NCBI RefSeq assembly: GCF_006345805.1
Contig: NC_043000.1
Coordinates: 126,108,001 to 126,172,000 of the forward strand
DNA: 64,000 nucleotides
Reading direction: 5' to 3'
DNA from: Octopus sinensis
Lineage: Eukaryota
The notes beneath the pieces are model-generated. The model saw only the letters and a list, made by a program, of their open reading frames with translations, searched no databases and had not been told where the DNA came from. The first letter of the stretch is position 1. Each line of letters begins with the position of its first letter. The position numbers were made by a program, and so were the translations under genes. Positions 13,080 to 23,626 of this stretch are shown here, in pieces.

Positions 13080-13214
13080 TTGCTCACTTAGAGATTGTTG
13101 TATTCATTGACTTGTTTTTCATTTTTTTTCTTTCTTGTTTTCCCTGGTTCAGGTATCTTCTTTCACTTATTTTCAATCATTGGACTGTGGCCAAACCTGG
13201 GCACCAACTTGAGG

Positions 13215-14018
13215 GTTTATAGTGATCAAATGCAAACATTTGATCACTATAACTGTACAGGCGTGCAGTGGGCAACATGTCAAAGTAGTTGCAGATCAAC
13301 ACGAGATGAAGTGTTTTGCTCAAGAACACACACCACCCAGTCTGAGGATTGAACCCACAATCTAGAGTGTAACACCTAACCACTGGGCCACATACCCTCT
13401 TTATGTGCTTGTGTTTATATATACACAAATCGACCCTGGTGCTTATTCTATCAGTCTCTTTTGCTGAACTGCTAAGTTATGGAGGACATAAACCAACACC
13501 AATTGTCAAGTGGTTGAGTAACAGACAAAGGCATACACGACAGGCTTCTTTCAGTTTCGATTTACCAAATCCATTCACAAGGTTTTGGTCAGCACAGGGC
13601 TACAGAAGATACTTGTCCAAGGTGCCACACAGCAGGACTGCACCCAAAGTGTGGTTGGGAAGCAACAGCTATGCTATTATTTATATATATATATATATGT
13701 GTGTGTGTTATAGTCTCTTGAATTTGAGAAAGACAGTTCTGCAATGTCTTGCTGAGCAACCTCCACAGATGATTTGTTTATAGTGATCAAATGTTTGCAT
13801 TATTTGATCATTATAACTGTACAGGTGTGTAACATGCCAAAATAGTTGTAGATCAACACGAGATGAAGTGTTTTGCTCAAGAACACAATTCACCACCCAG
13901 TCTGGGAGTTGAACCCACAATCTAGAGTGTAAAACCTCTAACCACTAGGCCACATACCCTCTCTATGTGCTTGTGTTTATATACACATACACACACATCG
14001 ATCTCACCCCTGCTTATT
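13215..14018. repeat. direct duplication (~230 bp; 13215-13447 and 13776-14018) of a hairpin + SINE-head cassette, with a SINE fragment between the copies
   Basis: Both copies run GTTTATAGTGATCAAATG...AACTGTACAGG...GATCAACACGAGATGAAGTGTTTTGCTCAAGAACAC...CACATACCCTCT.TATGTGCTTGTGTTTATAT. Confidence 0.85.
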
Positions 14019-14034
14019 GATTAACTTGTAACTA

Positions 14035-14040
14035 TTTATT
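14035..14040 (-). terminator. candidate polyadenylation signal of the minus-strand gene
   Basis: TTTATT on plus = AATAAA on minus, followed on minus by a GT-rich tract (~13980-14000). An alternative signal lies at 14748-14753. Confidence 0.4.
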
Positions 14041-15263
14041 AGATTGAAAAGAAACAATGTCATTTAATAAATTTAGCCCAAGCATTCACAAAGCAAAAAC
14101 ACTTGTTAATTTCAGCTTTTCTTCAATTTTATTTAAAGAAACAAGAACAAATAAAAAAAATTTACAAAATTGAGACTTTTTTTCTTTTTGCAATATAATT
14201 TAAAATACATTTTATCCTTTATTTTTTTTTTTTTTTTTTATCCTTGTTTCTGTAACACATGAGAAAAAGTCAACACAACATTGCTGCCAACATCTTACAA
14301 AAGATGTAAGCAAGCTTACAAATACTACATGGATAGACAACATATCCGAATGAAATAGGGGAAAGGGAGAAAAAAAAAAAAAAAAGAGTAATCAGGACAG
14401 GCATGCTTAATTATAAAGTCAATTTGGTTTGCAGCAGAATTGAAAAGAAAGCTTTCCCAACAAAATACCAAAGTTGATCAGATCAGAAACATCTTGTACT
14501 TCTTGTCAGTTTTCTTTTGTTTTCTTTCTCTGTTTTCTTTTTTTTTATATTTTTATCTTAAGGCTTTATAATATCTTTTCTGACATTTTTTTTTATTTTC
14601 CATATTTATATGTTAATAAACTCACCCCACCCACCCCACACACACACTCACACAGAAAAAAAAAATATTCACAATTTAACATATAGGAAACACAAATCGG
14701 TGGCAAATTAGTACTTTTAAAAAATAAGTGTTCAATATATATATATATTTATTCCACACCGACCGACTTCCAAAATTTAAAAAAAAACAAAAAAAAAAAA
14801 CAATCACTGGTTAACCAACAATTATAGAAGGCAGCCAGACTCATCTCCACAAGGAAAAATGGGTTTCAAAAAAAACAAAAAAAAACTGATCTTATCTGGA
14901 ATATTCCAATAAGGTGAGAAAGCAAAGCAGAAATAGGTTTACAATAATACTGCTGCGAATGGTATCTCATGTGAGTGAGATGGCAATGGTCAGCAGAAAA
15001 TAAGAAAACCTTGGAGTTCATATTAAATGAACCTGCTTAAGGGCAGCCAAATGATACATATATATGAGAGTATGTATAAATCCAGTAATGTTTGTATGGA
15101 GGGTAAATGGTGGAAAGTTAATGTGACAACAGTTGTTCCATTTTGTTTTGATGTATCATTTACAAGCTACAGCAGCAATGCAGAGATAATAATGCATGAA
15201 GCAGACTTCTGAGTAGATGAGTTTTGGGGGATTTTTTAAATTTTATTTATTTATTTTCTTTTT

Positions 15264-15413
15264 TTAAATCAAGGTAAGGCAGTGCAGTGTCTCAATCCAA
15301 CCAGAACCTCCAGGCAGGTCCTTCCAAATGTACCTATGATTTTCACTGTCTGAAGTATTAAAAGTGAGGAGTACTCGTTCTTCCTCAGTATAATCACATG
15401 TAGCATTCGTCAC
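15264..15413 (-). CDS. candidate terminal coding exon of an unidentified minus-strand gene
   Basis: CTTATTTTCCAG| acceptor. The single open frame is VTNATCDYTEEERVLLTFNTSDSENHRYIWKDLPGGSGWIETLHCLTLI*; the other two frames stop within 6 codons. Followed by U-rich UTR-like sequence. Confidence 0.65.
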   Translation of the reverse strand: MTNATCDYTEEERVLLTFNTSDSENHRYIWKDLPGGSGWIETLHCLTLI

Positions 15414-15497
15414 CTGGAAAATAAGAAAAAAAAGCTAACATCATAATTGAGAAATAACTTGAAAGCCAAAACATTGAAGATACGCATTACAATAAAT

Positions 15498-15960
15498 CTC
15501 CTCCTCCTGAGAGACAGCATTCACCCTGGGTGGGTTGAGCTGGCTTCATTCATCCTCAATGCTGCATCTCTCACAAACACTGACCAGACCTGGCGATTTG
15601 AGGCTAACGACCGAGTGATCTCCAACCATTTCTTATTCCAGTGGTGAACGCCATAGATAAGGGTGCCTAGGTTGGGTTCCAGATCAGCCTTGACTGTCAT
15701 CAGCCAGGTTTTTCATTGTCCACCAAATCGCTTTCGCCAACCCTTTTGTTCCATTACAATAAATCTCACCATATTTGATATTGTATCTTTGTGAGCGGAT
15801 CGGATTGCCTATGTTCAGTCCACTGCAGGACAAAGGCTTCAGCATGTTCTCTAAACCAATCACAGTCTGATGTGGAGGCTGTGAATTTGAGCTTGAGATC
15901 ATACTGGCTTGATGAACCTACTCTGCCACACTGGCTCAACATAGCTTGGCAGAGGGGTGC
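15498..15960 (-). mobile_element. degraded RTE LINE 3' end (second RTE family)
   Basis: Minus strand ...VKADLEPNLGTLIYGVHHWNKKWLEITRSLASNRQVWSVFVRDAALRMNEASSTHPG*, resembling the RTE ORF C-terminus (K.DL.P..G....W.K.W......A..R..W...VRD). Confidence 0.65.
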
Positions 15961-16753
15961 AGCTTTTTTTTTTAACCCAGAAGTAGTTGTATCCTGATAG
16001 GTAGCAAATTGGTTGAGTGGTTAGGGTGCTGGACTTGCAGCATATATATTCTAAATTCAAGGCCAATTTCACCTTGCATCTTTCTGGGGGTCAAAAGTAT
16101 AAAGTACTAATCCAAGGCAATGGAATTAAAGCATCAGATGTGGTGTTAAGTTTTGTTTTCTTTTCTTTTTTGAAGTGCAAAATCATACCATGGCCAACTA
16201 AGGAGGAGCACCACAACCATCTGGCCCTTGTGTACCCTTAAAGCAGCGGAATCCTGCCATTGCAAGCTTCCACGCCAGATCTTCAGATATCTTCCACCTT
16301 TCCTCCAAACTAACCAAGAGTGAAAGAAAGAGAAAAATAAGATGTCCATCCCCACCCATACTTACAACTCCCTTCTTACAATCATGCTTATCCTGCCATC
16401 ATTTACTAAGAAAATATATGCTAAGAAAAACAAGAAAATATATGACAATGAAGCTGCACAATAAAAATGAACTAACTTTATCAGTGTTGCATTGGCCTTA
16501 GTAAAGAGGAATTACTCTTGACTGGATATCCAACAAGCTTTCTGAATGAGTAACAGCAACAAAACTTGTTTTCAGATACACAAGAACCTCATTAGCCACA
16601 AGATCTTGCAATGTAATCATTTACATCACACTGCACATTTAGTGGGGGTGGAATTTAATACATTTTATGTTTATGTTACATGTATTTTATGCAATTCAAG
16701 CAGTATTTAATTAAAGTAGCCATCTGCCTATCATAATTAATATATAAAGGGTT

Positions 16754-17052
16754 AAGACCCCCTTTGGTCATGAATGACCATGGGATTGCACCTAGAAAGT
16801 TACCCTCCAAGGCACAAGTCCAGACAAGGTTTATGGAAGACCTCCATGCCACTGATGTTATCCAAGGGAAAGGCAAAAGCCAATACAACTTGGCACTAGT
16901 GATGTTGCAACTCATTTCTACTGCTGAGTGAACTGGAACAACAAGAAATAAAGTGTCTTGCTCAAGAACACAACACACAGCCCAGTCTGGGAATCGAACT
17001 CACTACCTCATGATTATGAGCCCAAAGTTCTAACCACCGAGCCATGCACTTT
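16754..17052 (-). mobile_element. tRNA-headed SINE (family ending GGTCATTCATGACCGAAGGGGGTC)
   Basis: Pol III A/B-box-like head (GGCTCGGTGGTTAG...GAGTTCGATTCCC on minus) and a CORE-like GTGTTCTTGAGCAAGACACT. Related copies at ~36485-36795 (+), ~41027-41350 (-) and ~31440-31630. Confidence 0.75.
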
Positions 17053-17807
17053 CATCATCATTGTTGTTTAACATCTGCTTTCCGTGCCAACATGGATTGG
17101 ACGGCTTGACTGCAAACTGGCAGGCCAGGAGACTACACCAGGTTCCATTCTGATCTAGCAAGGTTTCTACAGCTGAATGCCCTTCCTAATGCCAACCACT
17201 CTGAGAGTGTAGTGGGTTCTTTTTACATGCCCCCTACACAGGAGCCAGTCAAGTGGCACTGGTTTCAGCCGTGCTTGAATGATGCTTTTTATGTGCCAGT
17301 CAGGCAGCACTGGCCTCAACCGCACCACTTAATATATACACACAGTCAATAATCCAGTCATACTTCAGTATTTGTCCTCAGATATCATCTCTTATGGACA
17401 TGCTGTGTTAAAAACACAAATATCAGGAAGACGGAAGGTTGTAATTTACTATATTTACTTGTGTGTAAGTCCACAGCAGCCAGTGAGAGAATTTTGACCC
17501 TTTTAGGTCTTTTCAATGGCACACACTTGAATTTCTGTTTCTCTGATATTGACTGCATTTTTGTTATAGCAAGACAAAATACCACAGGAACTGGCCTATC
17601 GACAGTGTGTATACATTACATATCCTATATAGATGGCTATTAGATAAACAGACAGACAGACAGACATGTGCTGAATAACTTAGTTGTAAAAATGTCCTAA
17701 AGATACATGAACAGAATACAAACTAGTTTTTGCTCCATCTGAACTTAAGGAAACCAATAGTTACAAAATGAGTATATCAACAAAAACTTTCAAAATAAAA
17801 CGTTTAA

Positions 17808-18018
17808 CCCTTTCATTACAAACCCGGCTCTGGCTCTGAGTACAAATGTCTTGTTTTCATAAGTTTTGAATTAAAATCTTCCACCAAATCTTAGTCACGA
17901 TTTATGTTCCTAACACTAGCTGAATGATAACTAAGTTATTTTACTAAATTCTTTTTTATACTTAAAATTAATTGAAAGAAACACAGAGCATCTTGAAATA
18001 AATGCAATAACGAAAAGG
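17808..18018. mobile_element. TTAA-flanked piggyBac-like MITE
   Basis: TTAA|CCCTTTC...GAAAAGG|TTAA. Related copies near 19860, 23820, 38420, 40767 and 55615. Confidence 0.7.
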
Positions 18019-18203
18019 TTAAAGTTGTTATATAAAAATGTTAATACAAAAATATGTTAAAGTAATACAAATAACAAGGTTTCACAACCATGAATTCAAA
18101 TACTTTATAGGAGCCACTGTTGATCATTGGTCTGCATTTGTAGACCAATATGCAGACTGGGTCAATGCTATCTGTGGACAAACAGCTATTTCCCTCTCCA
18201 CAC

Positions 18204-18274
18204 CAATTTTGGCCATGGAAAAGGCTGCCACATTAACCGTTTTGATATCAATCCACCTAAGATTGCACCTGATT
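18204..18274 (-). CDS. candidate internal exon of the minus-strand gene (or terminal exon reading to TAG at 18186-18188)
   Basis: TTTGTTTCATAG| acceptor; frame SGAILGGLISKRLMWQPFPWPKL. The donor TTG|GTGTGG is weak. Without splicing the frame continues VWRGK*. Confidence 0.4.
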
Positions 18275-18951
18275 CTATGAAACAAACTTTGTTTTAAAAT
18301 TATCTAAATTCAAATTATTGTATTTACTATTGTATAAAATAATTTTAAATGACAAACAAAGTGGAGTGTGACATATCTGGGGCAAAGGTAAAACTATAAA
18401 GGAAAGAATTTTATGCCAAGATTTCACTAAACCAAGGGCTGCAACTTATATAGCTATCATCATCATCATCGTTTAATGTCCATCTTCAATGCATGCATAG
18501 GTAGGATGGTTGATAGGAGCCAACCAGGTAGAAGACTACCCCAGGTTACTGTGTCTGTTTTGGCAGGGGTTTTATGGTTGGAAGCTCTTCCTTATACCAA
18601 CCACTCTGCAGAGTGGACTCAGTGCTTTTCACATGGTGGGGTCAGTTTTGGCATGATTTTTACAGTTGGATGCCCCTCCAAATGCCAACTGTTTTACAGT
18701 ATGGGCTGAATCCCTTTTACATGCACCAGCACTGGCAGGGTCGCCAAGTAACTTGCAAAACAAGGAATTTTGAGAGGGGTTGGAAGATAGGAGAAGGTGA
18801 TCTGGTGTCAGATATAAGGTTAGAGTACAACAGAGAGGCAGAAACAGGTGTCTTGCGATAGAGAAGGTACACGATAACCTGGCGAGAAAGAGAGGGAAAG
18901 GAAGAGGGAGAGAGAGAGAGAGAGATACAAGAAAGGGAACAGAAATAGGTG

Positions 18952-19175
18952 AGCTGGCAGAAATGTTAGTGCGCCAGATGAAATGCTTAGCAGTATTTCA
19001 TCTGTCTTTACGTTCTGAGTTCAAATTCCGCCGAGGTTGACTTTGCCTTTCATCCTGTCGGGGTCGATAAATTAAGTACCATTTACGCAATGGGATCGAT
19101 GTAATCGACTTAATCCGTTTGTCTGTCCTTGTTTGTCCTCTCTATGTTTAGCCCCTTGTGGGCAATAAAGAAATA
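18952..19175 (+). mobile_element. MetaSINE-type tRNA SINE with 11-bp TSD
   Basis: Central GACTTTGCCTTTCATCCT.TCGGGGTCGATAAA (Meta-domain-like). Flanked by AGAAATAGGTG (18941-18951) and AGAAACAGGTG (19176-19186). Confidence 0.75.
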
Positions 19176-20422
19176 AGAAACAGGTGTGCTGATGTAAAGG
19201 AGATACTTGGTTACCTAGCCAGAGGGAAAAAGAGGGCAGAAACAAATGTACTGCTGTGGAGGAGATACATGGCTACCAAGCCAGAGGTATAAAGATGGGG
19301 TGGGCGAAAGCAGCAATACAGTGTGCAAGGCAGGGAAGAGCAATGGGAGCACCACCTTGAGGAAATTTTAGTTAAATGAATCATTCCAAGTACTCATTTT
19401 TTTTTTTTTCTAAGCCTGGCACTTAATCTTTCATTCTCTTTTGCCAAACCAATAGTCATGGGGATGTAAACACACCAACAGCAATTACCAAGAAGTGGTG
19501 GGCGACAAACACGGACATAAAGACACGCATACGCATGGATATATATTTAGATGACAGGCTTCTTTCAGTTTCTATATACCAAATCAACTCACAAAAATTT
19601 GGTCAGCGCAAGGCTATAATAGAAGATACTTGCCTAAGGTGCCCCACAGTGGGACTGAACCCAAAACCATGTGGTTGGGAAGCAAGCTTCTTACCTCACA
19701 GCAGTACCTGATATGTTTTTTTTAAAAATCAACCCAACAAAAGGATGGAGGGTAAAACTCAGCGGGATTTGAACTCCGAGCAAAGAGAGAACAAATACTG
19801 TGAATCATTTTGTCCACTGCTCTAACAATTCTGTCAGATTACTGCCTTTCAAATGCTTCCACACTTTTGTTACCGTATCTCTGTTGAAATACACAGCCTT
19901 CATTTCAACTGATTTTTGAAAATAATGAATTTAGTAAAATAACATAGTTGTTATTAAGCTGGTGTTTGGAACATAACTGACATGAAGTTTTGATGGGAAA
20001 TTCCACTTTAGTTCACTTTAAAACAGGAAGCTGAGATTTATACAACCAACAATGGCCTCAGACAATTTGGTTTCAAAAGAGTTAAACGAGACTTTGAATA
20101 TTAGCAAGATCAAATTCTAACCAACAAATTTCAGTTATTTAATAGCCAACAAAATGTGTAATTAATATTCATGAGCAGACATTCATCATCATTTTAATGT
20201 CCATTTTTCCATACTTGCATGGGTTAGACAGAACTTGTTGTAGAGACAGATTTTCTATTGCTGGATGCCCTTCTTGTCACCTACTCTTATCTGTTTCCAA
20301 CCAAGGTCATATTTCTCTGTGGCCAGACATGTTTTTTCTTAGAAGACTAGAACACCACTTGTATGCCAGTGATGTGCTCATTCACCGCCATCACATCATC
20401 ATTTTTAATATCCATTATTCAT

Positions 20423-20742
20423 GCGTGTGGCTTAGTGGTTAGGGGCATTCGGCTCATGATCGTAAGGTCGGGAGTTCAATTCCCGGTGGCACAGTGTGTC
20501 CTTGAGCAAGACACTTTATTTCATGTTGCTCCAGTCCACTCAGCTGGCAAAAATGAGTAGTACCTGTATTTCAAAGGGCCGGCCTTGTCACATACTGTGT
20601 CACGCTTAATCTCCCCGAGAACTACGTTAAGGGTACACGTGTTTGTGGAGTGCTCAACCACTTACACGTTAATTTCACGAGCAAGCTGTTCCATTGATCG
20701 TATCAGCTGGGACCCTCGTCGTCGCAACCGATGGAGTGCTCC
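20423..20742 (+). mobile_element. tRNA-headed CORE-like SINE
   Basis: GTGGCTTAGTGGTTAGG...GGAGTTCAATTCCC head, GTGTCCTTGAGCAAGACACT core, 3' GGACCCTCGTCGTCGCAACCGATGGAGTG. Fragments also at 1-140, 495-590 and 23050-23150. Confidence 0.7.
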
Positions 20743-21059
20743 TTTTATCCATGCTGGCATGGGTTGAATGGTTTGACCAGGACTGGTAAGCTGAGGGGGC
20801 TGCACCAGACTCCAGTCTGATTTACCATGGTTTCTACAGCTGGATGCCTTTCCAACACGAACCACTCTGAGAGTGTAATGGGTGCTTTTATATGCCAGTT
20901 GCATGGCACCAGTATTTGCCACAACTACAATTTCACTTGGCTTGATGGGTCTTTTTCTCAAGTGGGTTTTCTCACAACCAAAAACTACATGCTTGGGGAA
21001 CAAGCTTCTAAACTACACAGCAATGCCTGCATTTATTAACCACACTTGGACTTACTTAC

Positions 21060-21084
21060 TATATTTTATAGAAATTTCAGAATT
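21060..21084 (-). CDS. candidate 25-nt microexon of the minus-strand gene
   Basis: CTTTCTCTCAATTTCTAATAG|AATTCTGAAATTTCTATAAAATATA|GTAAGT. The only open frame is NSEISIKY (phase 0 to 1), compatible with the flanking candidate exons. Confidence 0.45.
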
Positions 21085-21264
21085 CTATTAGAAATTGAGA
21101 GAAAGGGAATGACATGAACTATCTCACTTAGATGGATTTACATTTTGTTCCAATCTAATTACAATATTTTCAATGTTTTGGGCAAAGTGTTTTTAATTAA
21201 TGTACACTGAAGACTACAAAATTCATCCTGGGTTGAGGACAGAGTTATGAGGTAACTCAGAGGG

Positions 21265-21437
21265 ATATTCTGTTGTGTCTGGGGAGAGTCATTTTCTTTT
21301 TGTGCCTTATAATTTAACACACTCACCAGTAAAATTTCCACTTATAAAAATAAGAAATAAGTGAAAATTTTACCGGTGAGTGTGTTAAATTATAAGGCAC
21401 AAAAAGAAAATGACTCTCCCCAGACACAACAGAATAT
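21265..21437. repeat. near-perfect foldback palindrome (81-bp arms, 11-nt loop), MITE-like
   Basis: Arms 21265-21345 and 21357-21437 are reverse complements with 2 mismatches by eye. Confidence 0.95.
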
Positions 21438-22402
21438 GCTTCAACACATGAACTCATATAAAGAATCTTGCAAACCAAATCCAAAAACGAAATAGAGGGA
21501 TATCTACTACTTTTAATGAGCTGAAAATATCAAATTTTAAAGTATTAACATTTAAGTTAGAACCTAATTTTATGTAAGAACCTGTTATGTTCCAAACCTA
21601 ACTTAATGAAAAAAATTATTTTATGAATTCTGTCACTGTTTCTATCATCATACTTGTTCTTTTATATTTTCACCTGACCTTGCTATCTTTGTCATCACTC
21701 TCATCTATTCACCCTCTTGGTCATCTTGCCTTGAACAGAGACAATCAAGGGAGAGAAGGCTCTTTATTCTTGCCAAGAGCAAAACAAGATATCTAATGCA
21801 TCTAGTATACTCTGCAAATTGGTTGCTATTAGGAGGGACATCCAAATGTACAACCCATGCTAAAAATGGAATGTATGAGTGAAATTTGGTCCTGCTGCCT
21901 TATCTCGGATAGAAACTCTGAATAACCACTGACTTCAACTGTAACAGCCTGTCCAGGTCATATCAGCATGATCATGAAATAATGATTATGAATCTCATGT
22001 ATTTTGATTGATTTTGAAAATCAGTCAAAATACATAAGGACTGTAGTTCATAAAAAATATGGTAACAAAAGAGTTTAACCTTTCCAGCCCACAAAATATT
22101 CTACATCATTCTACCATATTGTTATTCGGTGCACAGTAAAAGAAAGCAAGTAGATTACCAATAAATAACTATGGTTCACAGTACCAGTGCACAGTTCAGT
22201 GGCTCCATCCAATGCCATTGGCTTCAGCTTTCACTATTATGCCAATGATTTCACCTGAGTTTTACAGCTGTAAACCTTTCCCATCATCATCATTCACAGA
22301 GATGGCATGGGCCATGAATGTTTATTGCACACACTGGTACTCCATCGATTACAACAAGGGTTCCAAATGACCCAACTGACAGAACAGCTTGCTTGTGGAA
22401 TA

Positions 22403-23044
22403 GGCACAGGAGTGGCTGTATGGTAAATAGCTTGCTTACCAACCACATGGTCTAGGTTCAGTCCCACTGCATGACACTTTGGGCAAGTGTCTTCTACTAT
22501 AGCCTCAGGCCGATCAAAGCTTTGTGAGTAGATTTGGTACATGGAAACTGAAAGGCAGTGAGCTGGCAGAAATATTAGCAAGCTGGGTGAAATGCTTAGT
22601 GGTATTTTGTCTGCCATTACATTCTGAGTTCAAATTCTGCCAAGGTTGACTTTGCCTTTCATCTTTTCGCGGTCGATAAATTAAGTACCAGTTACCCACT
22701 AGGATCGATGTAATCGACTTAATCCCTTTGTCTGTCTTTGTTTGTCCCCTCTATATTTAGCTCCTTGTAGGCAATAAAGAAATAGGAAACTGAAAGAAGC
22801 CTATCATATGTGTGTGGGTGTGTCTTTATGTCTTTGTGTCTGTCCCTCCCCACTACCATCACTTGACAACCGATACTGGTGTGTTTACATCCCCCATAAT
22901 TTAGTGGTTCGGCAATAGAGATCGATACAATAAGTACTAGGCTTACAAAGAATAAGTCCTGGAGTTGATTTGTTCAACTAAAGATGGTGCTACAGCATGG
23001 CTGCAGTCAAATGACTTAAACAAATAAAAGAGTAAAAAGAGTAA
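22403..23044 (+). mobile_element. major ~400-bp CORE-like SINE interrupted by a MetaSINE (22555-22784)
   Basis: Head GGCACAGGAGTGGCTGTATGGTAA and tail (AAAAGAGT)n. The inner SINE is flanked by a perfect 12-bp TSD GGAAACTGAAAG (22543-22554, 22785-22796). Confidence 0.85.
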
Positions 23045-23189
23045 ACGGCTGAGTATTCCACAGGCACATGTACCCTTAGTGTAGTTCTCAGGGAGGTTCA
23101 ACATGACACAGAGTGTGATAAGGCTGGCCCCTTTGAATTACAAGTACAATATGCTGTGACTGTAAAGACCCGACATATAACGTGAGTTC

Positions 23190-23626
23190 ATGGCTATTAC
23201 CTGCACCAGCTTCACATAGCAGCCCCAGACCATCCAAAGTACCTTGGATCAGAGGGCACCTGCTGTGCTTGAGGAGACCTAAATAAAAATAAAATGGAAA
23301 TTGTAGTTGTGATACCTGTGCCAGTGGCACGTAAAAAGTACCATCTGAACGTGGCCGATGCCAGCACCACCTTGACTGGCTTCCATGCCGGTGGCACATA
23401 AAAAGCACCAACCAATTGTGGCCGTTGCCAGCCTCCCCTGGCACTTGTGCTGGTGGCATGTAAAAAGCACCCACTACACTCACTATGGTTGGTGTTAGGA
23501 AGGGCATCCAGCTGTAGAAACACTGCCAGATCAGACTGGAACCTGGTGCAGTCTCCTGGCTTCCCAGACCCCGGTCAAACCGTCCAACCCATGCTAGCAT
23601 GGAAAACGGACATTAAATGATGATGA
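23190..23626 (+). mobile_element. 5'-truncated RTE 3' end with (GAT)n tail
   Basis: TGCTGTGCTTGAGGAGACC ORF-end remnant, three GTGCC.GTGGCAC.TAAAAAG modules, ...CCATGCTAGCATGGAAAACGGACATTAAATGATGATG. Confidence 0.75.

Larger units (their letters stand above)
6979..13100 (+). other. probable long 3'UTR of the KIF13B-like gene
   Basis: T-rich on the plus strand and almost free of SINE/RTE copies (one degenerate SINE ~10015-10225), unlike the rest of the window. Ends at AATAAA followed by a GU/U-rich tract. The end point is inferred. Confidence 0.5.

Noticed and set aside
14900-15210. SECIS-like hairpin in the minus-strand UTR
   Set aside because: No AUGA/GA quartet with a correctly spaced AA loop could be built, and the exon model has no in-frame UGA.
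20423-20490. tRNA genes (here and at other A/B-box heads)
   Set aside because: Each continues into a SINE body and lacks a closable cloverleaf or acceptor stem.
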